Part shown: piece by piece, positions 34,144 through 47,254 of the stretch
Layout: each line of letters opens with the position of its first letter
How positions within the stretch are numbered: the stretch's first letter is position 1
NCBI GenBank assembly: GCA_964019425.1
Contig: OZ025783.1
Span: 1,178,001-1,242,000 of the forward strand
Reading direction: 5' to 3'
DNA: 64,000 nt
Source: Flectonema sp. DT1601
Lineage: Eukaryota
Notes under the pieces: generated by a model
Databases searched by the model: none
Told to the model about the DNA's origin: nothing
Seen by the model: the letters and a program-made list of their open reading frames with translations, nothing else
Made by a program: the position numbers and the translations under genes

Positions 34144-37100
34144 TTAAAGGTCGTTGACCATCTTCGTTTTCAGCAAGGCGTCGATCTTCATTGACAGCTC
34201 TCTCTGTCGCACTACCTTATCGAGGTCCAGGTCGCACTCCTCCGAGGTCTCCAGCGTCAGCGCTTTACACACCCCACTCCACTCCTCAGGGTCGACTTGG
34301 TATTGGGCGTCCAGCTCCACGCACAGTTTCCTCGTCGCAGTGGCCGACGCTGCTCTGCCACAGTTTCGCAGGCCCACCCCCCCTTCTCGCAAAGGTAGCT
34401 CCGCCTGTAAGTGCGCCCGCTCATCCATATCCCCACCCACGAGACCCCGCAACACGCTTCTCACCACCGCGTCGAAATCTGCCAGACCTGATCGCTGGTC
34501 CTCCAGGTACATTGACCTCATCAAGTATACCATCTTCCCATACGAATGGCAGTATCGTAGCTGGGTCAGCGCTACGTGCCGATCCAGTAGCATCGTCAGT
34601 GACTCGCTTACTTTCTTCAGCTTCGTCACGTACTGCAGCAGGTATTCCTTGCAGTAGCTCCCACTCCCTACCGGTAGCTTGAGAATGGTGAAGTTTCCCT
34701 CGGACTCTTGTTTCACCTTCTCCAAGCCCCCCTTCGGTTCCAGGCCCACCCGCAGAGGTACGAATACGCACTTCGCCTCCTTTACCTTTAGCCCCAGGCT
34801 TGATGCCTTTTGAACCAGGTAGTCGTACGCCTTCGCTAGTTCGTCTACGCCTCCCATCAACACTCCATCGTCTAGGAACCAGAGGCTTCCATCCAGTCCC
34901 ATCTTCTTGAGTCCCTCCAGTAGGCTTTTTATCCCGAGTGAGAAAAGGAGAGGCCCTGCCGGATCCCCCTGTTGGGCCCCCTCCCTCGACGGAATCGTGG
35001 TATCCTCAAAAAAGAGGCTCGTCGGTCTCTCGTAACACCACGATGCCAAAGGCAACAGTTCCGGCAGCGTGGACGCCAGCTCACGCAGGAACACCGCCCT
35101 CGAGACACAGTTAAAAGCGTTCTCAAAATCAATGGTCAGGATTGCCTTGTTGGCCCCCCTGTTCCTCCTCGCGTAGTCCCGTACTATTGCGTACACCGCC
35201 TCCACCCCACTGGGTACCGCCACCCCCAGCTGTCCTCCTGGCTTTAAGAGGTTTGGTATCTTGGGCCTTATTTTTGCTAGCACTATCTTCCACGCCCACC
35301 TCCGCAGTGATTCCCCTACTGCTATTGGTCTATACCCGGTCGGCTCTTTCTTCAGCGCGATCAGGCGAGCTCCTGCCAGCACCGGTGCCGCCTCATAAGG
35401 TACTTTCCCTCTTACCAGTAGCTCTAATGTAGTGCAGAGCGTTGGCATCAACCCTCGCAGTCCCGTGTCGCACGCTTGCTTCAGGAGCTCCACGCTTAAT
35501 CCCGACGGTCCGGCCCCCGTGTCCTTCGGGAATGTCTTCAGCGATGCTAGTGCTTCCTCCGGCGACACTACTGTGTTCCCCGTTCTCACCCCCTCCAGGT
35601 CTATCTTCTCGTGCATGGGACTCGGGTGGATGGTCTGCATCGCCGCCAGGACTTCCGGCGCGTTCGGCGCTAGCCCGCTCGACACCAGGCATTTATTAGC
35701 CTGCGCGTACCTCCCTCTCCTGCTCAGGGCGCAGCACCGCTCATACCGTTCTCCCTGTGTCGTTTCCTTCTCCCGTCGTCTTTTGTTCCTCTTTGCCCTC
35801 GTGCTCCACATCGCTACATACTCTCCCCTCAGCCATCCTTCCAGCCTGCTCGTCAGCCTCTCCCTATGCGTCTCTGTCCCCTTCTCATCCTTCCGCACCG
35901 CCGGCGTTCCCAGGCATGCTTTCGGGAGCATCAATAGCAGCTTCCATGCCCGCGGGTCATTCCGCTGTGCTATCCGTTGCAATGTTGCCATGAGAGCTCT
36001 CGCCCACAACATTGTCAGCCTCTCGTCCAACTTTTTTGGCACCACTACCTGTGCCGCCCCTATCTCCTCCCACGTCGGCAGCTCTCCAAGCTCTTTTTCG
36101 TCTGGCCACGGGGCGTTCTGAACCTCTTCCTCCCCCCCATCTAGCGCCATGGCTTCTCTACATCTCGGGTGGACCCCGGTGCTGCTTCCCGTCAGACACC
36201 CACACATCGTGCATGGTCGCACCCCCATCGCCTGCTGCTCCGCCTCCGTGAGAGGGCGATCTGACAGGAGGTGCTCCTTGTTCAAGTGGCCTAATAGTCC
36301 TCCCCAGTTCTTATATCCCTCAAATCGCTGGGCGCGTGATCGCGAGCATTCTCCCCTGGGGCAGTAGTAAGGCCCAGACCCCCTCAGTCCCGCGCTTGGT
36401 CCCGTCCCCAGGCCTATCCTCACCGCAGCCTCTTCAGCCGTTTGTTCGGAGAGCTTCAGCACATACACCGCCTCGGCTCTCTCCTCTACCCGATTGAGCA
36501 TTTCGGCGTCCGCTTGGAGCACTGCCTCGTAGTGTTCTTTATCCAGCACTATCCACAGCGGGATGTCCTCAGTCCTTCTCAGGGGCAGCATCTTTAGGAG
36601 TCTCCCCGCCTCCCACACTATGATCACTACTCCCATCTGGTCCGCCGCAACCTGCAGCGCTACGTTGTCCCCCCATCCCTTGTTCTCCAGTCGTACAGCG
36701 TAGTCCTCCTTGGCCAGTCCGTTGACGAACCATTGGTCCGTCCTCTCTTCACCTCTCATGTATTCCGCGAGTCTCTTCCGCAGCACCCTCGCCCCCACTC
36801 GCCGATTCCATTCTCCCTTTGCCAGTAGGATTGCTCGGAACATACAGTCCCCATCCCCCTTAGTCTTGGTTACACTGACTCTCGGAAACTCCCTCTGTAG
36901 CTCTATGGACGTGCTTGGCGTTGCTTCCCCCTCCACCTCTCTGGAGCTGCTCATCTTCCTACACCTTGGGTGCATACTGGCCGTCCCCTTCATTGCTCGT
37001 CCGCAGTGTCCGCACGCCTTCATGCCGCAGTCAGCCCACTGGTCCTGTCCCAATTGACCTTTATGCTTCCCATCTATGTGTGCCAGCAGGCCATTCTCCG

Positions 37101-37479
37101 TCCCAGACCACTCACACACTGGGCAGCTCGCACCCCCACCTCTCATCTCGTGGGGTTGCTGCTTGCAACTGCTTCTCGGCTTTGACGTCGACTGTTCATC
37201 TTCCGGCGCTCTCTCTTCCTTTGTTCGTCCCCCACTTTTCGTTTTCCGGGCCTTTTCCCGCTTCTTCTCTTGTTTCTTGTGCCATCGCGCTGGTGGACCC
37301 AGTCTCCAACTGTCGCTCGCCCGGTTTGGCCCCCTCACCTGTTGCGTGATTTCTTCCTGATACCTCTCGGTCTCATTCGTTCCCGCACAACCCACTAGCT
37401 TTGGCTGAGGGAATAACCATATCGTGGGCTCCAGTTTTTGACATGCTAAAGACGGTAATATTCCTGTTGCCATATGTAA
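34144..37479 (-). mobile_element. CRE/SLACS-clade-like non-LTR retrotransposon ORF: Zn fingers, OTU protease and RT; 3'-truncated before the RLE
   Basis: C2H2 CPVC...LLAHIDGKH and CPRGEC...HLNKEH. OTU KGDGDCMFRAI..WGD..EHYEAV. RT YRPIAVGESLRR, IDFENAFN, GAQQGDPAGPLLF, WFLDDG, LPLREGGVG. Markedly GC-richer than the flanks. The first ~45 aa of the tracked ORF derive from an adjacent repeat. Confidence 0.88.
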
Positions 37480-37875
37480 GAATTTCGATAAAGTGGGAAG
37501 TAACGGACTGGGAGCTTTTGGCTCCTGCCCTATTCCCGATGTAAACTTTCTTTTTTTTTTTTTTTTTTTTTTTAACAGGCCCAAAGGGCGACAATGATAG
37601 TTGCTGACCAAGGAATAATATTCAAATGAATTTTCGTTTCAAAGAAACGAACAGAATTAAGAGAGAGGTAGAGAAAAAAAAAAAAAAAAAAAAGAAAGAA
37701 TAGAAAAAAAATATGAAGAGGAAATAATCAAACATGAAAAAAAAAAAAAAAAAATAAAATATAAATAAAAAACGTTGTATGAAAACGGAAAAAAAAGAAA
37801 AAAAAAGACCAGAAAAGGAAAGAGAAAATGAAAAGGTATAATATTATTGTGGGGATATGAGGATAGCAGGGAGAT

Positions 37876-37911
<36 letters not shown>

Positions 37912-37925
37912 TATTTAAAAAAAGG
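37480..37925 (+). repeat. Conserved terminal block 'E' (GAATTTCGATAAGTGGGAAG...); also at 54519, 58737 and inverted ending at 51253
   Basis: Four copies begin at the same GAATTTCG with different outer flanks. The block contains the long hairpin GGGAA..GGAGC-loop-GCTCC..TTCCC. Confidence 0.9.
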
Positions 37926-38717
37926 AAACAATCAGTTTAGCGTCTCGATCAGGACGGAAAATAGAAATTAATCGACATAGTCGATCGATAGAAAAAAAAA
38001 CAATGATAACATTGTTTATTCTTTTTTTTTTTTTTTTTTTTTTAAATCCTTTTAATTATTTTAAAGAAAAAACAATCAGTTTAGCGTCTTGACCAGGACG
38101 GAAAATAGAAAGTAATCGACATAGTCGATCGATAAAAAAAAAACAATGATAACATTGTTTATTCCTTTTTTTTTTTTTTTTTTTTATTCTTTTTATTTAT
38201 TTTAAAGAAAAAACAATCAGTTTAGCGTCCTGACCAGGACGGAAAATTGAAAGTGATCGACATAGTCGATCGATAAAAAAACAATGATAACATTGTTTAT
38301 TCTTTTTTTTTTTTTTTTTTTTTTTTTTAATCCTTTTTATTATTTTAAAGAAAAAACAATCAGTTTAGCGTCTTGACCAGGACGGAAAATAGAAAGTAAT
38401 CGACATAGTCGATCGATAAAAAAAAACAATGATAACATTGTTTACTCTTTTTTTTTTTTTTTTTTAAATTCTTTTTATTTATTTTTTAAAAAGAAAAAAA
38501 ACGGAAAATAGAAATTAGTCAACAAAGTCGAACGATAAAAAAAAAAACAATGATAACATTGTTTATTCTTTTTTTTTTATTTTTTTTTATATTCTTTTTT
38601 ATTAATTTTGAAAAAAAAAAAAAAAAAACAATCAGTTTAGCGTCTTGACCAGGACGGAAAATAGAAAGTGATCGACATAGTCGATCGATAAAAAAAAACA
38701 ATGATAACATTGTTTAT

Positions 38718-38762
<45 letters not shown>

Positions 38763-41700
38763 AAAAACAATCAGTTTAGCGTCTTGACCAGGACGGAAAA
38801 TAGAAAGTAATCGACATAGTCGATCGATAAAAAAAAAAACAATGATAACATTGTTTATTCTTTTTTTTTTTTTTTAAATTCTTTTTATTTATTTTTTAAA
38901 AAAAAAAAAAAAATAACGGAAAATAGAAATTAGTCAACAAAGTTGAACGATAAAAAAAAAACAATGATAACATTGTTTATTCTTTTTTTTTTATTTTTTT
39001 TTGTATTCTTTTTTATTAATTTTGAAAAAAAAACAATCAGTTTAGCGTCTTGACCAGGACGGAAAATAGAAAGTGATCGACATAGTTGATTGATAAAAAA
39101 ACAATGATAACATTGTTTATTCTTTTTTTTTTTTTTTTTTTAAATCCTTTTTATTATTTTTAAAGAAAAAACAATCAGTTTAGCGTCCTGACCAGGACGG
39201 AAAATAGAAAGTAATCGACATAGTCAATCGATAAAAAAAAAACAATGATAACATCCGTCCTGGTCAAGACGCTAAACTGATTGTTTTTTTTTTTCAAAAT
39301 TAATAAAAAAGAATATAAAAAAAAAAAAAAAAGAATAAACAATGTTATCATTGTTTTTTTTTATCGTTCGACTTTGTCGACTAATTTCTATTTTCCGTTT
39401 CTTTTCTTTAAAGAATAAATAAAAAGAATTTAAAATAAAAAAAAAGAATAAACAATGTTATCATTGTTTTTTTATCGATCGACTATGTCGATTACTTTCT
39501 ATTTTCCGTCCTGGTCAAGACGCTAAACTGATTGTTTTTTTTTTCAAAATTAATAAAAAAGATTAAAAAAAAAAAAAAAAAAAAAAAAGAATAAACAATG
39601 TTATCATTGTTTTTTTTTATTGTTCGACTTTGTTGACTAATTTCTATTTTCCGTTTTTTTTCTTTAAAAAATAAATAAAAAGAATTTAAAATAAAAAAAA
39701 AGAATAAACAATGTTATCATTGTTTTTTTTATCGATCGACTATGTCGATCACTTTCTATTTTCCGTCCTGGTCAAGATGCTAAACTGATTGTTTTTTTTT
39801 TTCAAAATTAATAAAAAAGAATACAAAAAAAAAAAAAAAAAAGAATAAACAATGTTATCATTGTTTTTTTTTTAACGTTCGACTTTGTCGACTAATTTCT
39901 ATTTTCCGTTTCTTTTCTTTAAAGAATAAATAAAAAGAATTTAAAATAAAAAAAAAGAATAAACAATGTTATCATTGTTTTTTTATCGATCGACTATGTC
40001 GATCACTTTCTATTTTCCGTCCTGGTCAAGACGCTAAACTGATTGTTTTTTTTTTTCAAAATTAATAAAAAAGAATATAAAAAAAAAAAAAAAAAGAATA
40101 AACAATGTTATCATTGTTTTTTTTTATCGATCGACTTTGTCGACTAATTTCTATTTTCCGTTTCTTTTCTTTAAAGAATAAATAAAAAGAATTTAAAATA
40201 AAAAAAAAGAATAAACAATGTTATCATTGTTTTTTTTTATCGATCGACTATGTCGATCACTTTCTATTTTCCGTCCTGGTCAAGACGCTAAACTGATTGT
40301 TTTTTTTTTTTCAAAATTAATAAAAAAGAATATAAAAAAATACAAAAAAAAGAATAAACAATGTTATCATTGTTTTTTTTATCGTTCGACTTTGTCGACT
40401 AATTTCTATTTTCCGTTTTTTTTTTCTTTAAAAATAAAGAAAAAGAATTTAAAATAAAAAAAAAGAATAAACAATGTTATCATAGTTTTTTTATCGATCG
40501 ACTATGTCGATCACTTTCTATTTTCCGTCCTGGTCAAGACGCTAAACTGATTGTTTTTTTTTTCAAAATTAATAAAAAAGAATATTAAAAAAAATACAAA
40601 AAAAAAAGAATAAACAATGTTATCATTGTTTTTTTTATCGTTCGACTTTGTCGACTAATTTCTATTTTCCGTTTTTTTTCTTTAAAAAATAAATAAAAAG
40701 AATTTAAAATAAAAAAAAAGAATAAACAATGTTATCATTGTTTTTTTTTTATCGATCGACTATGTCGATTACTTTCTATTTTCCGTCCTGGTCAAGACGC
40801 TAAACTGATTTTTTTTTTTTTTTTTTTCAAAATAAAAAAAAATATTAAAAAAAAAAAATAAAAAAAAAGAATAAACAATGTTATCATTGTTTTTTTTATC
40901 GTTTGACTTTGTTGACTAATTTCTATTTTCCGTTTTTTTTTTTTTTTTTTCTTTTCTTTAAAAAATAAATAAAAAGAATTTAAAAAAAAAAAAAAAAAAA
41001 AAAAAGAATAAACAATGTTATCATTGTTTTTTTATCGATCGACTATGTCGATCACTTTCTATTTTCCGTCCTGGGCAAGACGCTAAACTGATTGTTTTTT
41101 TTTTCAAAATTAATAAAAAAGAATATAAAAAAATACAAAAAAAAGAATAAACAATGTTATCATTGTTTTTTTTTATCGATCGACTATGTCGATTACTTTC
41201 TATTTTCCGTCCTGGTCAAGACGCTAAACTGATTGTTTTTTTTTCAAAATAAAAAAAATATTAAAAAAATAAAATAAAAAAAAAGAATAAACAATGTTAT
41301 CATTGTTTTTTTTTATCGTTCGACTTTGTTGACTAATTTCTATTTTCCGTTTTTTTTCTTTAAAAAATAAATAAAAAGAATTTAAAATAAAAAAAAAGAA
41401 TAAACAATGTTATCATTGTTTGCGGGTTTGTTTAAAAATAAATAAAAGATATAAAAAAAAAAAAAAAAAAAAAAAAGGAATAAACAATGTTATCATTGTT
41501 TTTTTTTATCGATCGACTTTGTCGACTAATTTCTATTTTCCGTCCTGGTCAAGATGCTAAACTGATTATTTTTTTCTTTAAAAAATAAATAAAAAGAATA
41601 AAAAAAAAAAAAAAAATGAATAAACAATGTTATCATTGTTTCTTATCGATCGACTTTGTCGACTAATTTCTATTTTCCGTCCTGGTCAAGACGCGAAACT

Positions 41701-42324
41701 GATTGTTTTTTCTTTTAAAAAATAAATAAAAGATATAAAAAAAAAAAAAAAAAAAAAAGAAATAAACAATGTTATCATTGTTTTTTTTATCGATCGACTT
41801 TGTCGATTACTGTCTACTTTCCGTCCTGGTCAAGACGCTAAACTGATTGTTTTTTTTTTTTTTTTTTAAAAATAAATAAAAAGAATATAAAAAAAAAAAT
41901 AAAAAAAAATGAATAAACAATGTTATCATTGTTTCTTATCGATCGACTTTGTCGACTAATTTCTATTTTCCGTCCTGGTCAGGACGCTAAACTGATTGTT
42001 TTTTCTTTAAAAAATTAATAAAAAGATAAAAAAAAAAAAAAAAAAGGAATAAACAATGTTATCATTGTTTTTTTTTCTATCGATCGACTATGTCGATTAA
42101 TTTCTATTTTCCGTCCTGATCGAGACGCTAAACTGATTGTTTCCTTTTTTTTTTTAAATAATAAATAAAAAAAAAAAAAAATAAAAAAATAAAAAAAAGA
42201 GCATCTCCCTGCTATCCCTCATATCCCCACAATAATATTATACCTTTTCATTTTCTCTTTCCTTTTCTGGTCTTTTTTTTTTTTTTTTTTTTTTCTTTTT
42301 TTCCTTTTTCATACAACGTTTTTC
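37926..42324. repeat. AT-rich ~120-bp satellite with a ~220-bp dimeric variant, orientation flip at ~39254; more arrays at 48562-51035, 53460-57515 and 59190-60093
   Basis: Unit AAACAATCAGTTTAGCGTCTTGACCAGGACGGAAAATAGAAAGTAATCGACATAGTCGATCGATA(n)CAATGATAACATTGTTTATTC T(n). Confidence 0.95.
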
Positions 42325-45300
42325 AAGGTGACCAACCTTGACATTCTTTCTTTTCTCTCCTGTTGTGACAAACACAAAATACACACACAGCTTACAGTGT
42401 GTTCTTTGTGTATGTTTTCTTCAGGTGTGAGTAGTTTTTTTGTTCTTGCTCTTCAGGGAGGGCCTTAGCCAAAAGCTAACAGTCCAAATCTCACCTGGAA
42501 ATTCAACTCAGTCCTTGTCAGTTTTGGCATCAAACTTGTAATGGTTTAATCATTACAGGTTATTTACTGAAATATTTGTTCTAAAAGTTGCTAAGTATTT
42601 CTCACTTAGAAATTTTTTATTTTTTTATTTTCAGCTTAATTAGCTACAAATTGTTTCTACTAAGTGTTTCTCACTTAGATTTTTTTTTTTGCTTTTCAGC
42701 TCCTTAAAAGCTGTTAAGTGTTTCTACTAAGTGTTTCTCACTTAGAATTTTATTTTTATGTTCGTTTTCTATCCCTTCTCCTATCCCTTTTGTTCAAAAA
42801 AAGCGGGAGGAAATTCTCTCATTCACGCTAAGATGCACTCTGAACTTTGATTTTTTGATCTGAGTGTGAGGGAATGAGTTGAATTTCCAGGTGAGATTTG
42901 GACTGTTAGCTTTTGGCTAAGGCCCTCCCTGAAGAGCAAGAACAAAAAAACTACTCACACCTGAAGAAAACATACACAAAGAACACACTGTAAGCTGTGT
43001 GTGTATTTTGTGTTTGTCACAACAGGAGAGAAAAGAAAGAATGTCAAGGTTGGTCACCTTGCCTATCAACGCACAACATTGGTGGTCTCTACTAGACCCT
43101 GAGTGATCCCACTGGATCTCTCATCGTTCATAGTACCCTGTGTGAAGTTATAAAATCAAAGGTAAACTATGAACTACAAATGACTTAGCCTGTTATTATA
43201 ATGCCACAGGCAGGCCCTGCATTCAGCAACTATCCAGCAGTGCTTGGATGTCCTGATCTTCTTCTAAAAAAAGAAAGAAAAACAAAACTGTAGCTGGGAT
43301 CACTCAGGATCAACAGACTACCAATGCTACCTGTTGTACTTGCTCACTATGGGGGGTGATGCCAAACACCCAGAAGTACTAAACTGCTTTCCTTCTTGCT
43401 GCCCAGGAGTTTCTGACCAGAACTAATAGAAAATAAAAAGTAGATGGGAAACAATAAAAAGTAAAATGGATATAACTGAAGTTAAACAAGACAAATGAAG
43501 TAACAGACCAGAACAGAAAGAGGATTGTAATAGAAGATTACAAATAAAAAAAATGCAAGTATCAACACATAATCAAGATACACCAGCAGCTAACAAACAA
43601 CATAAAATTGAAGATCAGTTGCCAGAGTATTTCAACCATGGTAGAATACTCGCCCCTCTGGCAGGGATTATCCCAGACTTGTCCTTTAATTTAGTTGGAC
43701 ACCATGGCTTACAACCCTTCCAGAGGGAAGCACCATTATGACTTCTATTTTTTTTCTTCAAGAAAATCATAAGGTGGTAACAAAGAAAAATGCTAAGAGG
43801 AACCCCCTATTAACACCTAAGACATCTAAACTGCAGCCCAGCCTATGCCCAATGCACTAACAGGTCATTCCCTCACACTCAGATCAAAAAATCAAAGTTC
43901 AGAGTGCATCTTAGCGTGAATGAGAGAATTTCCTCCCGCTTATTTTGAACAAAAGGGATAGGAGAAGGGATAGAAAACGAACACAAAAATAAAATTCTAA
44001 GTGAGAAACACTTAGCAGAAACACTTAGCAGCTTTTAAGGAGCTGAAAAGCAAAAAAAAAATCTAAGTGAGAAACACTTAGTAGAAACAATCTGTAGCTA
44101 ATTAAGCTGAAAATAAAAAAATAAAAAATTTCTAAGTGAGAAATACTTAGCAACTTTTAGAACAAATATTTCAGTAAATAACCTGTAATGATTAAACCAT
44201 TACAAGTTTGATGCCAAAACTGACAAGGACTGAGTTGAATTTCCAGGTGAGATTTGGACTGTTAGCTTTTGGCTAAGGCCCTCCCTGAAGAGCAAGAACA
44301 AAAAAACTACTCACACCTGAAGAAAACATACACAAAGAACACACTGTAAGCTGTGTGTGTATTTTGTGTTTGTCACAACAGGAGAGAAAAGAAAGAATGT
44401 CAAGGTTGGTCACCTTGCCTATCAACGCACAACATTGGTGGTCTCTACTAGACCCTGAGTGATCCCACTGGATCTCTCATCGTTCATAGTACCCTGTGTG
44501 AAGTTATAAAATCAAAGGTAAACTATGAACTACAAATGACTTAGCCTGTTATTATAATGCCACAGGCAGGCCCTGCATTCAGCAACTATCCAGCAGTGCT
44601 TGGATGTCCTGATCTTCTTCTAAAAAAAGAAAGAAAAACAAAACTGTAGCTGGGATCACTCAGGATCAACAGACTACCAATGCTACCTGTTGTACTTGCT
44701 CACTATGGGGGGTGATGCCAAACACCCAGAAGTACTAAACTGCTTTCCTTCTTGCTGCCCAGGAGTTTCTGACCAGAACTAATAGAAAATAAAAAGTAGA
44801 TGGGAAACAATAAAAAGTAAAATGGATATAACTGAAGTTAAACAAGACAAATGAAGTAACAGACCAGAACAGAAAGAGAATAAAAAGAAAAGATATAGGC
44901 AAGAGTTATTGTAGTGAAAGATTACAAATAAAAAAAATGCAAGTATCAACACATAATCAAGATACACCAGCAGCTAACAAACAACATAAAATTGAAGATC
45001 AGTTGCCAGAGTATTTCAACCATGGTAGAATACTCGCCCCTCTGGCAGGGATTATCCCAGACTTGTCCTTTAATTTAGTTGGACACCATGGCTTACAACC
45101 CTTCCAGAGGGAAGCACCATTATGACTTCTATTTTTTTTCTTCAAGAAAATCATAAGGTGGTAACAAAGAAAAATGCTAAGAGGAACCCCCTATTAACAC
45201 CTAAGACATCTAAACTGCAGCCCAGCCTATGCCCAATGCACTAACAGGTCATTCCCTCACACTCAGATCAAAAAATCAAAGTTCAGAGTGCATCTTAGCG

Positions 45301-47245
45301 TGAATGAGAGAATTTCCTCCCGCTTATTTTGAACAAAAGGGATAGGAGAAGGGATAGAAAACGAACACAAAAATAAAATTCTAAGTGAGAAACACTTAGC
45401 AGAAACACTTAGCAGCTTTTAAGGAGCTGAAAAGCAAAAAAAAAATCTAAGTGAGAAACACTTAGTAGAAACAATCTGTAGCTAATTAAGCTGAAAATAA
45501 AAAAATAAAAAATTTCTAAGTGAGAAATACTTAGCAACTTTTAGAACAAATATTTCAGTAAATAACCTGTAATGATTAAACCATTACAAGTTTGATGCCA
45601 AAACTGACAAGGACTGAGTTGAATTTCCAGGTGAGATTTTGACTGTTAGCTTTTGGCTGTTAGTGCATTGGGCATAGGCTGGGCTGCAGGTCTTAGGTGT
45701 TAATAGGGGGTTCCTCTTAGCATTTTTCTTTGTTCCCACCTTATGATTTTCTTGAAGAAAAAAAAAATAGAAGTCATAATGGTGCTTCCCTCTGGAAGGG
45801 TTGTAAGCCATGGTGTCCAACTAAATTAAAGGACAAGTCTGGGATAATCCCTGCCAGAGGGGCGAGTATTCTACCATGGTTGAAATACTCTGGCAACTGA
45901 TCTTCAATTTTATGTTGTTTGTTAGCTGCTGGTGTATCTTGATCATGTGTTGATACTTGCATTTTTTTTATTTGTAATCTTTCACTACAATCATTCTTGC
46001 CTATATCTTTTATTTTTATTCTCTATCTGTTCTGGTCTGTTACCTCATTTGTCTTGTTTAACTTCAGTTATATCCATTTTACTTTTTATTATTTCCCATC
46101 TACTTTTTATTTTCTATTAGTTCTGGTCAGAAACTCCTGGGCAGCAAGAAGGAAAGTAGTTAAGTACTTCTGGGTGTTTGGCATCACCCCCCATAGTCAG
46201 CAAGTACAACAGGTAGCATTGGTAGTCTGTTGATCCTGAGTGATCCCAGCTACAGTTTTGTTTTTCTTTCTTTTTTTTTAGAAGAAGATCAGGACATCCA
46301 AGCACTGCTGGATAGTTGCTGAATGCAGGGCCTGCCTGTGGCATTATAATAACAGGCTAAGTCATTTGTAGTTCATAGTTTACCTTTGATTTTATAACTT
46401 CACACAGGGTACTATGAACGATGAGAGATCCAGTGGGATCACTCAGGGTCTAGTAGAGACCACCAATGTTGTGCGTTGATAGGCAAGGTGACCAACCTTG
46501 ACATTCTTTCTTTTCTCTCCTGTTGTGACAAACACAAAATACACACACAGCTTACAGTGTGTTCTTTGTGTATGTTTTCTTCAGGTGTGAGTAGTTTTTT
46601 TGTTCTTGCTCTTCAGGGAGGGCCTTAGCCAAAAGCTAACAGTCCAAATCTCACCTGGAAATTCAACTCAGTCCTTGTCAGTTTTGGCATCAAACTTGTA
46701 ATGGTTTAATCATTACAGGTTATTTACTGAAATATTTGTTCTAAAAGTTGCTAAGTATTTCTCACTTAGAAATTTTTTATTTTTTTATTTTCAGCTTAAT
46801 TAGCTACAAATTGTTTCTACTAAGTGTTTCTCACTTAGATTTTTTTTTTTGCTTTTCAGCTCCTTAAAAGCTGTTAAGTGTTTCTACTAAGTGTTTCTCA
46901 CTTAGAATTTTATTTTTATGTTCGTTTTCTATCCCTTCTCCTATCCCTTTTGTTCAAAAAAAGCGGGAGGAAATTCTCTCATTCACGCTAAGATGCACTC
47001 TGAACTTTGATTTTTTGATCTGAGTGTGAGGGAATGACCTGTTAGTGCATTGGGCATAGGCTGGGCTGCAGTTTAGATGTCTTAGGTGTTAATAGGGGGT
47101 TCCTCTTAGCATTTTTCTTTGTTCCCACCTTATGATTTTCTTGAAGAAAAAAAAAATAGAAGTCATAATGGTGCTTCCCTCTGGAAGGGTTGTAAGCCAT
47201 GGTGTCCAACTAAATTAAAGGACAAGTCTGGGATAATCCCTGCCT
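42324..47245. repeat. 1.38-kb tandem repeat family, head-to-tail and inverted copies; another copy at 52079-53122
   Basis: GAGTTGAATTTCCAGG recurs at 42876, 44232 and 45616 (periods 1356 and 1384 bp). Orientation flips near 42875 and 45657. Confidence 0.93.
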
Positions 47246-47254
47246 TATGACATA

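Noticed and set aside
34154..37360. Multiple plus-strand ORFs over the retrotransposon
   Set aside because: These are antisense shadows of a GC-rich coding sequence with no recognisable motifs.
37370..37479. Spliced-leader target or HDV-like ribozyme at the CRE 5' end
   Set aside because: No SL exon core (CAGTTTCTGTAC) is seen. Some pairings exist (AGCCCAC/GTGGGTT) but not the full HDV topology.
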